Positions 39,279 through 54,923 of a stretch of 64,000 bases of DNA are shown one piece after another (within the stretch, counting starts at the first letter, position 1; each line of letters starts with the position of its first letter). The DNA is from Trichosphaerium sp. ATCC 40318 (Eukaryota; Protista; Tubulinea), in NCBI GenBank assembly GCA_038496445.1, contig JALMLS010000255.1, positions 1-64,000 of the forward strand, in the 5' to 3' direction. The position numbers were made by a program, and so were the translations under genes. The notes under the pieces were generated by a model that was not told the DNA's origin, did no database searches, and worked only from the letters and a program-made list of their open reading frames with translations.

Positions 39279-40609
39279 TTACATTCGATCAACACATACA
39301 CTTTGAGGTATTGCAATACGTTTAAGACAATTAATAGGTTTACGAGTTGTGTCTTGTATAGGCATTTCACAATCAGGATTAATCAAAGCATTGCCATCGT
39401 TATTAATACAGCTTCACAGAAATGAATGAGATTTTGTTATGAAAAAAGCTGATAAAACTTACGTGTCCATGCCATCTCCTCCCCCAAGCGTAGGCATCCC
39501 ATCTCCGCCTTGGAATCCATTTGCAGTCACCATGTCATCTCCGTCACCTCCTTGAACTTGTCCTGGTACACGAGCTAAACCTAGTGTGAAGTATTAGCTA
39601 TCCGCCTGCTGTTTCTACAAAATTATTTCTGGAGTACCTGATACGAATCTATTGGCCACAATAACATCGTTGTCTGTTCCACCAGCTACTGTCCCAAAAG
39701 AAGCATCTTCTGCATATATCATATCATTACCAGGACCTCCTTGAAGATAAAGGGTAAGAACGGTCCATCATTTCTTTGGTTTACCCGAAACAAAGTCGGA
39801 ATAGCTATCAAAAAGTGACAAGCAGTCATCGCCTCCTTGACCATTTAGTATTCCCATACTAGATGCTCTATTATTGGAAGACGTTACGTAAAAGCAATCG
39901 TTTCCATTCCCTGTTCTCAGGTCGCTGAAACTGCAAAGTATTAAAAACCAAAAAGAAATCAACAAAGTGTACTCATCAGGTCCATCTGCTATTCCACATC
40001 CTCCCTCGATAATAATAGTATCCGCCCCAGCTCTAAACTGACAATCTGCGACTTCAGAGTCGATCAAATGCATGCAATTATCTCCACCATCTGAAATATA
40101 TTAATCATGTGACTTTTAGTAAAAAACTGTCGAAACATTTGAACCTGATAAAATGTTGCCTTCTATTGTTGACTCTTCTACAAAGAAACAGTCATCTCCT
40201 GTACCTAAATCGACCATTCCCCTTACAATGCTCCCTCTAACAAGCACGCAATTAGGGTTATTATCACCAGTCAGTGTCGTAACATCATTAAGACCATCGA
40301 TTACGTTACAAGCGCCAACAGTCACTAAAACAAAATAACGAAAAGATACAACTAAAGGAAAACGTTCCTGGACCACCAGTTGTTATAACAGGGCAAGCTG
40401 TAGGATTTGTAAAATCACAAGCCTCGCAAGCGGTACATTCACACCCGCAAGTAGGATTAGGTTCTCTTGCGGGCGTGGTGGGTATGTATCCATTACAAAG
40501 AATCGATACTATAAAATAAAATTAGTGATCACATGGAATAACGCTTCAGTTGTTATATCGCACGTGATAGTATTGTTAAAAATGAGGTAAAATAAATTGG
40601 ATTAGTCAT
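39279..40609 (-). CDS. Secreted Cys-rich protein with RTX/hemolysin-type Ca-binding repeats
   Basis: Hydrophobic N-terminus; repeats LGTGDDC, TGNGNDC, GQGGDDCL, GGPGNDMI, GGTDNDVI, GGDGDDMV, GGDGMDTC; about 7 introns; TATATAAAA about 105 nt upstream. Confidence 0.85.
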
Positions 40610-41050
40610 TGCTGATGGACTGTTGCTTGTAAAGTGTACAATCTGGGCAAACAGATTCACATACAAACCAACTTTTTGATCTTCGGTATTTGTTTGTAAC
40701 ACTCCGTAGGATTTTATATACGCGTGGAGGTATCGGAAACAACAGTAAGAAGTAGTTTAAGAGATACTCCTTTGTTCGTCCGAAAAAGCCGTGGCGGAAA
40801 CATGTAAACAGGAGCCCGGTTTTCCAATAGTGAAATAACATGGGTCTAGCTCAAATAATAGCTTTTGGTTGCGCACTATTACATTTTCACCACCTCTAAA
40901 GAGGCAGTTACGTAGTACTGTGCGACTGTTGGCTTGATGCAATTACCTTCAACAAATCCTACACATGCGTCACATAAATGGCTTTTTTGGTAAAGCACGT
41001 GGCTTAAGTTAACACCACGATCTTAAAGTTAATGTCTCACTTGCTTAACA

Positions 41051-41830
41051 ATGCAACAACTTCTCCTGATATCATTGGTTCTATTTGCCTCCCTTTGTTT
41101 TGCAGAGGTATGCACTCTGTTCGGTAATCCAACATGCGCATGCTACAAGAACAAACACTGCAGGGCTAGTACGTCAAAAGCACTCAAATGAACCTGAGCT
41201 TTATTTCAACCGGCATAACATTGCCCCACGCTTATAAAATGCTAAAAACAATTAGATCACGCTTGTTTGGTTCCTAGTTGTAACGAAGACGCTTGTGGGT
41301 TCCCTAGGATATGTTTCTGCGAAGAGGTAAAAGTTTTTGAAGTATTTACAGTCTTTACACCACTCAGTAATGTCAACGGCATTGACACTGTTCGTAGATT
41401 AAATTTTCAAATGGTCAACCTACAAACACTTCAGACTGCTCTCCAGTAGATAAAGGACCATGTGATGACTGCGGTAATCAATCTAAGCCAATCCTTACAC
41501 CAAAATCTGTACGCGGTGAAGAACTTCGAACTACTTTTCTTAAAGGTTGTTTTGGAAACTTTTCCAAAACCATTTCGCGTCACGTGCCTCAAAACGGCGC
41601 GAAAAAAGGCCCAAAATTCTCTTCACCCGTTGCCATTTACTTATGTGGTTTTTTTAAAGATTCTTATCTGGGAATACTCCACTCTTGATGCTGAAGGTCT
41701 TGAGTACCGCCTTGAACGCCTTGGATTAGAATTGATAGGAAGCCGCGCTGAACAAGTAAATCGTCTTGTAGAATGGACTATAGAGAATGAAAAACAATTG
41801 TTTGGCCATTACATCCAACTGGATGAATAA
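41051..41830 (+). CDS. Small gene with signal peptide and possible SAP-like last exon; splicing unresolved
   Basis: MQQLLLISLVLFASLCFAE|gtatgc; last segment YSTLDAEGLEYRLERLGLELIGSRAEQVNRL. I could not join the exons in one frame. Confidence 0.35.
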
Positions 41831-42043
41831 ATACTACGACTTCGTTTACTTTTGACTAAAATGTTTTTTTTTGGATGTAAACTCACACCACTTTCTCATT
41901 TGGGCAGCTAAGCTCGGTAAGCTATAATACCTTCATAAAGCTCCCCTCACCATGTATATTGATTTGTTAGTATGCTGGGTTGGTTACTTAACGGTTCTTC
42001 TCAAGTCACGTGAAAATTACAATTAATTAAAAACAGTGTCACT

Positions 42044-45000
42044 ATGAGACAAACTAGAACTTGTATTTTACAACTATTGGCTGTATTCATAATAACCACG
42101 TTGTCCCAAGAGCCTGTATTGCGGATTGGATCCGTATATATAAACGATGGATTTTTAGCTTCATCACAAAACAGTATAGCACAGGGCCTACAGATGTGGC
42201 AAGAAGAAGTAATTTTCGTACCTTCTACACGTGTGTAGCTAACCATTTTATTACTTTTTTACAGGTCAATGTTCGCGGTGGTATTAATATAAACGGCACT
42301 AAACACCATGTTGAAATAATAAGAGTTGGAGTTCGTAAGCGGAGTTCAACAAAAGGCATAGTTATTTCATTAATATAACTTTAGCACAGTTTCCAACTAA
42401 TGCCTCTATAAATGGTACAATGGAGCTGATAAAAAAGGGCGTTGATTTCATACTATTGGTGCGTTGTGTGCCGCCACGTAGCAGAAAATTACTCCGGAAC
42501 TCCATTTTATACTTTATCGTATTTTATTCTTCTAGTTTTGTAGTAGCTGATGTATTGTAGCCAACAACATCTGAAGTCGGAGAACTAAGTGCTATTGTCG
42601 CTAATGATCACAAAATCAATTCAATACTACGCACGTGATTTTCGGAGCTTACAACTTTTTTCGATTTTTGCCTGAAATTTTAGTAGCTATTGACTTCATA
42701 CTACTTAACACTGCGTAAAACGTTGCCAACGGGCACCGAGCTATTGTTGAGTGTATTTCTATTTTGTATTTATTTTGTACATTAGCATCAAGTGGCGCAC
42801 CTTCTGTGTATATATGCGATGGAGCGTTAAGACCGCCGTGTGCGGTTCCGTTCGGAAGAAGGTTTAAATACACTGTTGGATTGACTCTACCAAGTGTAAA
42901 GTACTACACAGAATCTCTTAATTTGTTGGCAAGTCATGATGCACGCACTGTAGCAATCATATGGGAAGGTACCTGCAAACTAAAGTGCTCGCCAAAAACA
43001 ATGACATTACTTAGATTTATTGCTTTCGAATGCTGTGATTGAAGGAGCATTGAGATCTATTGCATTTCTAAATCTAAAAGTTGTTTACAAGCGAAAAATA
43101 CCCTTTATTGGATCACCAGCATTAAGAAAAAGTAAAATGCGATCCATAGTTGAAGAAGTAAAAGAAACCAAACCAGGTACTTTTTTTTTAATCTATGTTG
43201 ATGGAGCTAAAGAAGGTGAACCCTAGATATCGTAGTTATGGCAACGATTTTCTCTTGTGTAGATTTCATGGCAGCTTCAAAGGAACTTGATTTTAATGCA
43301 AAGGTACGTAATTGTACAAGCTTTTCTCCATTCTTTCTTATATTTTTTTTTGAAAGGCATACTTAGTTTCCGCTCAATGTATTGCACGGCTTCCTCGAGA
43401 CCTTGGTAATGATTCAAAGTATATATTAAGCGGTGGATTTATTGTGCGTTTATATATTTTAAATACAAGGGCGTTTAGAAGACGTTTAATACTCGTTGTA
43501 GTGGGACGAAAGATTGAGAACTGATTTATATGACGAAAACGATATGACAAATTTCCATCATTTTGTGAGCAATGGAACAATCGCATCACCATCGATATTC
43601 AATAGTAAGTATGAAGAAAAGTTTGGACATAATCCACGTACTGCTGGCGCTCAAGGATATGTATCTGGATACGTTATTCAATACGCTTATGAAACCGCAA
43701 AGTACGATAAAAATAGACTCTTTTTGTATTTTAATCACGTGACGATCACATGATTTAATATTCATTTTAGTACATTCGACAGTGACACAATACAAACAGT
43801 GATTGATGCGATGGACATCACTGGATTTTATGGAGAAGTTACTTTTGATAGGTTTGGTCAGAATCTTGGAAGAAATGGATTGACATATCAAGTTGGAGAT
43901 GATCTCAATCTTGAGATTGTTGCTCCTCTTTTCGCTGTTACTGCACACTTCGTATATCCAGTTCCAAAATGGAATGAACGTCAAACAACTTTTGGATGGT
44001 ACAGTACGTATCATTATATTGTCTTATTTCGTTTCTCTTTTCTTCATTTATTCTCACTTTATTTGTATTTCAAGAACAAACAAGCGAGCTTGTGATGCTT
44101 TGTTTGGTCAGTATTGTCATATTCATCACTCTTTGTCTCATGTTATGGGTATTGATATATCACGACCACAGGGTGATACGTGCATCACAACCTTTGTTCG
44201 TTGTACTTACTCTGGTAAGCGCTCATAAATATCTGTTTGATGATACTCACACTTGTTTATTAGATTGGAACAATATTCATGTATGCGACAGTCTTCTTTT
44301 GGACACTTCACACTGATGATGTTCATTGTAATATTGTGAGATGGCTTCTTGCAATCGGTTTTGGCGTAAGTAATTACTTCTTAAAATATAATGATAAACG
44401 TGATTAACACGTGATAGCTGACATATGGAGCAATGTTTGCTCGTATATACAGAATTGGTCAAATATTTCTTGAAAAAAGTTTGGAAGTATTCAAAGTCAC
44501 TAACATGATGATCGTGCCAATTGTTACTGGTATTGTTGCCATTGAAGTACTGATATTGTCTATATGGACAGGCGTGAGTCCATCAAGAGCTGAACGTGAA
44601 GAAGTCGCACCATTCATTCTATCAGATGACTACTTTGATTGTACAAACACAACCACAGATGTAGTGTTCATGTCGATACTCCTTGTGTTCAATGCATGTG
44701 TATTGTTGTACGGTATTTATTGGGTATACAGAATATGGAGATTGAAAGCTGTTCTTTACAATGAATCAAGGTACGATAGACTAGATAGTGTAATATTGAC
44801 TTGTTTTGAAATAGATCAATTGGATTCGCAGTTTACACTCTCACATTCTTTATCATTATCTTGATCATCATCCAAGTACCGCTTACCTTAGCAAACATTA
44901 ATTGCTTATTACTGGATTAGGTGTTTGGGAGTAGCAATCGTTCAGTTGCGTTTATTCTTTTAAATCTGCCTTGTTGTCTTTTTGTGAATGTAGTTTGGTA

Positions 45001-45067
45001 CCAGCTCTTTCCATTAGCGATACTCTCTGTATTCGCTATGTTTTTGTTTTTGTCATCCCACAGTTGA
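42044..45067 (+). CDS. Class C GPCR paralog, homology breaks off at TM7 (truncated copy)
   Basis: Same exon structure as 20779-24367; similarity stops after VFGSSNRSVAFIL (about 44960), then an unrelated 35-codon tail to TGA. Confidence 0.82.
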
Positions 45068-45157
45068 CATATCCTTATCTTATTGATATCCATTATTTTG
45101 TAGCAGTTAATAAATTACACAGCTAGTGATATTAGACAACATACGTTACACCACAAA

Positions 45158-47861
45158 TTATTGGGCGGCTCCTGCAAACAATACTTGTGATGCCTCAGAC
45201 GAAGGATCTTGAGTAGTAGAGTATGTCACTTAAAAAGGGGGTTTAACAACAAACACAGTGCAAGCATTGTCAGCTAAGGTATAAAAAACACGTGAAGGGT
45301 AAAGCCTCCATATTAGTGATTTAACTCTAGTCAACAAGTCATAAAATGAAAGTGATTAGAATTGTCACATGATACAATCTTACAGCATCGAATCAATAAT
45401 GTATTATGTCACTACAACTTGACTGAATTCTCAACTGGAGCTTCTTTTACCTCAGTTTGCCACAGAGTGTAAGGTAAAATAGATTGCCTCAACTTGGGTA
45501 CTATCAAAATGACAACAAGAATAATTATAATCTACAAAGCACAACTGAGTGGATAAACAGAATAAGAAGATGACGTACCAAGGAAAGAACACCAAATGTA
45601 ATACCTAACACCATACCAACATTTGGTGAAGTTTCTCTTCTGTCGTTGCAATATTCAGATGCAGAAGTTACAACAAATATTCTATGTGATAATGTTAGGT
45701 TAAAGTTATGAGTTGTATGTGAGGACTATACGATGATAGAGTTTGTTCAATCTGTGCCAATACACATTCTGGTGATATGAGTGTAACACTACCATTTATA
45801 CAGCCGCTGTTACTTTGGATTATTTCTCTTCTCATAGCGCCAGTTGTTGTAGAGTTAATGATGACTGTTGTGTTAGGTAATATTGAGATGCATCCTAAAT
45901 CGTTGTATCAATCTGAATTAATGATGGAATGTACCTTCAACTATGATAGAGCCGCTTTCTGTTATTGTAATTGTCCCTTGGATAACAAAATCACCAGGAA
46001 TCGATATGTCGCTGTCCACAATTGATGGTAGAAGAACAATTGCTGGAGCTTCAGTAGGTGTAGTAGGAAATTCAATTGGTGCCATAGACGGCAGAGTCCC
46101 ATTCATTGATACCATTGTAGGTACAGTTGGTGCATCTACAACTGAAACAAATAGTCAATACATATAGTCACATAGTTAATATCTTACAAGAAAGAGAACT
46201 TCCTTCCTGACAGGTCACTATTCGAGATATAAAAACTTGACTTGATTTGGAATAAAAAAAAAAAACTTGTACCACACCATTCATTTCACAAGTTGCGAAT
46301 AAAGCGCTGGAATTATAATATGTTCCACAACTGAAACTATTAGGTGTTGAAAAACACTGAAATACATTTCCATTGGCGCCTAAAAAGTTAAGTGTATCCA
46401 TGTTAAAAATATTATTCGTTGATTACTTACCACTTGCAAACGTGGTATTTCTATGTCCAGTAAAGATTGTAAATACTCATATATTTGTAAGGCAAGCAAA
46501 CAATCACATACCTTATTGTGATATTAAAACCACCACCCACCAATGCAGGTGAACTTAGAATAGTTGAGGTACGTTTACTAAATGTGATCAATAGCAAGAT
46601 TATTATGACAAGGGTGCTCTCTTACATGCATATATTGTCTTTAAACACACAAGAGTCTATCAGAGCAGCGGGAAATTTACTTGAGTCGAACAATAGCACA
46701 GCTCCAACTATCGGGATTAGTTGTAAACTGGATAATCAAGAAGTGTACCATTACATGTTTCTTCAGATGGTTCAAACTCTTGTGCACTATTCCCAATAAA
46801 CGTCGAGTTCAAAATCCGAACATCATCATTTGTTCCTATAGCCACTGTTGAAGTGGTAAAAGCTGCACCAAAAGCTACAAAAAGATAAACATAAATCACT
46901 TCGGAGCTATTTACCAAGGTTCGTCATATTATTGTACTCAAATGAACAAGACTTGATAACAAGCTACATAAAATAAGATATAAGAGATGCAAAACAACTG
47001 AATTTAAGCACTTTTTGTATCCGTTCCAAAGTAGCAATCCCTCCAACTACACGTTGTAAATAAAAATAAGCTTGAAATTTGTATTATGTCTGCATCCACA
47101 AAAACGTTTTTGCTTTGCGGCAAAAAAGCCGAAAATTGTGCGAGTTTCTGTCATTTAGACGTTGTCTTTTTACAAAGAAAACTCGCACTGTTTTCGGCTT
47201 TTTTGCCTCTCACTCACAGCCTCCTGAAACGCATGCACACAGTCGAACTTGGCTCTTTTACGCATGCAAAGCCATACAGAGGCGGAAACGTTTAAGTACA
47301 AGTCGACATGCCTAATAACACCCATAAACTGTAGTTAACAAGTTCACTTGGTCAGTTGTAGGTACAGTAATATACCCAACTCATACTAACAACAGCATGC
47401 TAAAGTACCAGTACTAGTTGTATGATTCCCAGTTCTACTATTCTCTAAGAAACCACAGTTTTCTATGTGCACTGTTTCTCCTCCGTCTATCCGTATTCCT
47501 ATGAGCTGGGATAATCTATCGGTATGTATATGTGTAAACAATGAATTCTCAATCAATACTCGGTTTCTATGGTCTGATAGTTAGCTGAACAAAAGTACTG
47601 TAAGATTTTCTTACCTTCCAAAAAGTATTATGAGTGCGTCTTTCCCAGTTACCACCATGTTGCTAAAACAAATAAGCTAAACTGCAAGTGTTAATACAAC
47701 CATGTGATACTTACTCAACAGAAACGTTGTCAAAACTGTTCAATGTCAAGGAACAATCCTGTAGAGTAAATCCCGATAATGCTATGTTTATGACTGATCC
47801 TTCTAGAGTAGACGCACCGCCAATGGTGTGGCATGTCACAGATACATCTCTTAAGCCTATG
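45158..47861 (-). CDS. Type I membrane protein with parallel beta-helix-like ectodomain and Pro/Thr linker; 5' end unresolved
   Basis: Repeats VHIENCGFLEN, IKSCSFEYN, ILNSTFIGNSA, IDSCVFKDN; PTTPTEAP linker; TM GMVLGITFGVLSL...IIIILVVILIVPKLR; ends FAGAAQ*. Confidence 0.7.
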
Positions 47862-48986
47862 CTACATTATAGAAACCTAAGGCAAGCTGAAATAAAATTG
47901 ACCCAAGTGAATAATTTTTTGAAACTAAAAACTGCAGTCACACGAGTCTTTGTTTACATGCGGGATGGGCATTAATGCAAACCAGCGTTTATAACCAATA
48001 AACTGCCGTTGGAAGATGGGTGATTTAAGGAAAAGGCTTAACTGGTAGCTAGAGTCAATCTGTTTTGTAAAAAATTGCGTGCCCGTTTTGGGTGAATTTT
48101 AGCTCAAACTTAAAAATACATTCCGCGTTTAGTATCACGTGAAGACTTTACGCAAAGTGTTAACTTGATAGTCATCCTTATGAACATTGCTCTGTTGTAT
48201 TTCCTCAGGACTGCCGGCTGAATATTGTTTACAATTCGCTTGTACTTCCAGAGATCCGTTTGGTAGCTAGGACGCCAGATGTTTTGTCTTCCATTTTTAA
48301 CATGATTCAGCCCGTGTCTCTAGGAAACATTAGAAATTGTACATAAACAGTTTGTTACAGTATGAGGATAACATGTGACCTGGTAAAGTCTTTTGAAGCA
48401 TTACTTCAATTCTCAGTTTTTGTTCTCACGTGCTATCCGTTTCCAAAATACCCCTTGCAGCGCGAGCTGAGTGAAAAGTGCTTGCGTTCTGGAACGCAAA
48501 AAAACCAAGCATGGATTGTCGTTTACGTAATACCAATAGCTGTTTTACTTATCTCAAACGCCAAAAGCACGTACTATAAATAAGAAGACGTAGTTGCCAT
48601 GAGATAACAACAAATACTGAAAAAAAAACAAGCTTACTCATTGGGTACAATACCGGAGTTACTTTGGAAGCAATATTCGGTTATACTACGCTTTAAATCT
48701 CCCTGTAAACTACAAATCGACTTGTTTTTGCACTAAAAAAAAAACACGTGCACAAATTGCTCTACAAATGTTTTACAACATGTATTTTAGCATGTGAGAT
48801 GAATGTAGAGACGGAATGTCGCTTTTGTGACACTATTGATTACCCAAGTCTAAAAAAAGCTCTAAAAGGTCCAATACTGGAGTCTAGAGTGTATGTTATT
48901 GTTATTTATGTTCGATTTTGGTTTTAAATTTCCGACTTAACTTTGGAGCTCATTTATGCGATCTTCTGCCTGAGTGACTGGCAATT

Positions 48987-52223
<3,237 letters not shown>

Positions 52224-52446
52224 GGAGATGTACAATAGTGTAAAGTACCGCGGGCAAAAGGGTGGTTTCTTGAACGTGTAAATTTGTAAACAATTTTCCC
52301 TCGTAAAAAGCTTTTTTATAACCTCACCGTGACTTATTGTTTTTACTTTTTTAACACGTGCCTTTCAATCATAAATTGATTTATTAAGCTTATGTAATTC
52401 AATTATAATTATAATTAATACTGGTTGCTATTGTAAAACAACGCTA

Positions 52447-52521
52447 TGAACATGCTGGGGATTAGAACCCAGGTCCTTTCACTTGTTGGGTGAATGTGAT
52501 AACCAAATACACCACATGAAC
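52447..52521 (-). pseudogene. Degenerate tRNA-Val(AAC)-like sequence
   Basis: GTTCATGTGGTGTATTTGGTTATCACATTCACCCAACAAGTGAAAGGACCTGGGTTCTAATCCCCAGCATGTTCA: anticodon stem TTCAC/GTGAA with AAC, T-stem CTGGG/CCCAG; but C33, a TTCTA T-loop and two acceptor-stem mismatches. Confidence 0.8.
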
Positions 52522-52949
52522 ATAAAGGGGTCTTACTTCAGATACACAAAGCTTTAAGTCCTTATTTATTTAGAGCAGTAACACTCTTTGCCTGGTTGTT
52601 GGAATTCAAACACAGCAGAATACAACGCTAGAATAACATAATAGCACTGCGGTAACTTTGCTGTAGCTGGTATCCATCAGAGAAAACAGAAGGAATTCCG
52701 TAAGGTACAGCTAAGTGGACGTTACCCCACAGAACCCACCTAGCCAGTACCACCAATTGAACTTTATTGATTGTATGAAGATGAACTTCATTATACAATA
52801 CACTAAAGATAAACTAACCATTGTACAACAGTTGTAGCCAAATCAATAGGTCAAAGAAGCAGTACTTTCATCTACCAAATCTAACAACGAGAGTGTTTTA
52901 AACTATTCAATTAGACTTTGCAATAAACTGAGTTATTTATTTGTTATGA

Positions 52950-54223
52950 TTAAAAACATTTTCTATGAACAAGACTTGGACCATATTCATCATATTCTTC
53001 ATCAGACATAGCAGATTTTAAGTACAAATTACTTTGTATTTGGCCACTTCCTAAAATAGATCCACCAACCCAAGCAGCAATACTTCTTTTCTGAGGTTTT
53101 ATAGTCTTAACATTAATAGTACAAGGAGCTATATTCATTAAATCATATTGTAAACGATAACCAAAACCAGGAATCATAGAGGAACCACCAGTAATAACAA
53201 TATCACGATAAAAAGGAGTCCAAAGGGAAATGTCACATTTCTTAATTCCTTCTTGTACTATCTCAGCTAATTTGCTTTTTTCTTCAACACCTTCAATAAG
53301 ACTAGGATTGAATAAAACCTCAGGACAAGTATATTGTTCCTTAGATAAAACAAAAGAGTATCCATTCATATCATATTTCAACTCTTTTTCCAATTTCTTA
53401 CTTTCGAATGGAATTCCTGGATCCAAACAACAAACAGACTCTTTCATTGTATTATAGCTTTCAAATGAAGGAATGAAAGGCTTATCTGAGGATACTCTTT
53501 GTGGCTCTGGAGCTATTTTCATAAGATACTCTGTTACATCCTTACCTCCTACTTTGATGCAGTATGACGCGTGTTTTATTACTTTAGATTCATATGTATA
53601 CGTTATGTAAGTAACATCATAATTTGATTGAACTACACAACCCTCTGTTCGTCCAGTTGCAAATAATGCAAGTACAGGACGTGGCATGAGAAGTAAGTGA
53701 GGTGTTTTGTATTTTTCGAACATAATCTCTGTTGTCTTCTCTCTAGACGTTCATTTCATTAGCGGTTTGTTGTTAAAAGATGCTGTTACCTGTTTTCGCT
53801 TGGGTTCATTGGCGCTTCTGTGAGAATAACTCCTTTCTCTTCAGGGGATGCACAAGCACCTTCATACATAGCATAACGCCATATCTCATCAATAGCATCG
53901 AAATCGGTTATGTGGCCGTATTTTACTGGGTATTTCAACTCCAATACGTCTCGTAGCTTTTGGGCTTCGTTTCCAACGTATGAGCGAGTTTTTGCGTTCG
54001 TTTTACCTTGATCGGATTTCGCTTTACCCCAAACCGTTGGAAACGTAGTAAATGGCTCATCAGAACCCGCAATACCCGCTCTGCACGTCCTGGAGCCAGT
54101 ATCAATTACAATGGGATCTAATTATGGGTTATACAACTCCGACATTAACCATCACTCAGCGAATGGCGCTAGGTACTAAACAACTCTAACTAGGTTTCTT
54201 CACTTACAATCGTCTTCAGACAT
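52950..54223 (-). CDS. Divergent actin-related protein
   Basis: PIVIDTGSRTCRAG, LKYPVKYG, LTEAPMNP, ITGGSSMIPG, AWVGGSILG, YGPSLVHRKCF*; 2 introns; second phosphate loop altered (VVQSNYDVT). Confidence 0.92.
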
Positions 54224-54923
54224 TTAGAAACTAGGTGTTTGTGATTAGAAAGCACAGTCGTACTACACAAGACTCTTGTCAAAGCGATAAGCAACGTTCA
54301 GTTTATTCTGGTACAGTCAGAGCTGTTCAACAAAGTCCATTTACAGTTGGATCTCACATAAAGTCAGTATTGAGTGAAGGTGCGTTTAAGGCAGAAAGAT
54401 AGATAAGGCAATGTTTCAAAGGGCAATAGCAGGCTATGCAGTGTCGTTTATTCGCTTCTCAATCTTCTACGCGAAAACCAAACGTTAAAGGTGCTCATCA
54501 ACTTCAAAAGACGGCTATACTAGATCAGAGGATACTCAGTTAATGACATCGGCAAGATGGCGGAATCGTTCTGTGGCTGTAATCTAGACGCTAATGTATT
54601 GAAGCCTGCAAAGGCCATAAAGTTCACAAATGGCTTACCAAATAATTCATAGGGGAGGTTATCCAATGTGGAAGCCATCTAGTAGAAAGAGAAAAATCGA
54701 TTAGAGTCTTACTGTTGCCAGCTGAGGGTTACCTAGTTGATGTTTTGATAATTGACAATGAAGCATCTGGTATTGCATCTCTCATAAAACTCGAAAAATT
54801 GCAACACAAAAACATCTCAAATTCAGTAAAAGTAACTTTATTAAAAGGTGTACAGAAAAAAAGTTCAGACTATTGTATCTTCCACGTTATTGACCATAAC
54901 CAGAAATAGAGACAAACAAAAAC

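Noticed and set aside
47900-48850. Minus-strand exon-like segments upstream of the beta-helix gene
   Set aside because: Could not be joined in frame to each other or to the downstream gene; needs RNA-seq.
52447-52521. Acceptor-stem mismatches at positions 2-3 as a substrate for 5' tRNA editing
   Set aside because: That editing is known for amoebozoan mitochondrial tRNAs; this nuclear copy also has T-loop and position-33 defects, so decay is the simpler explanation.
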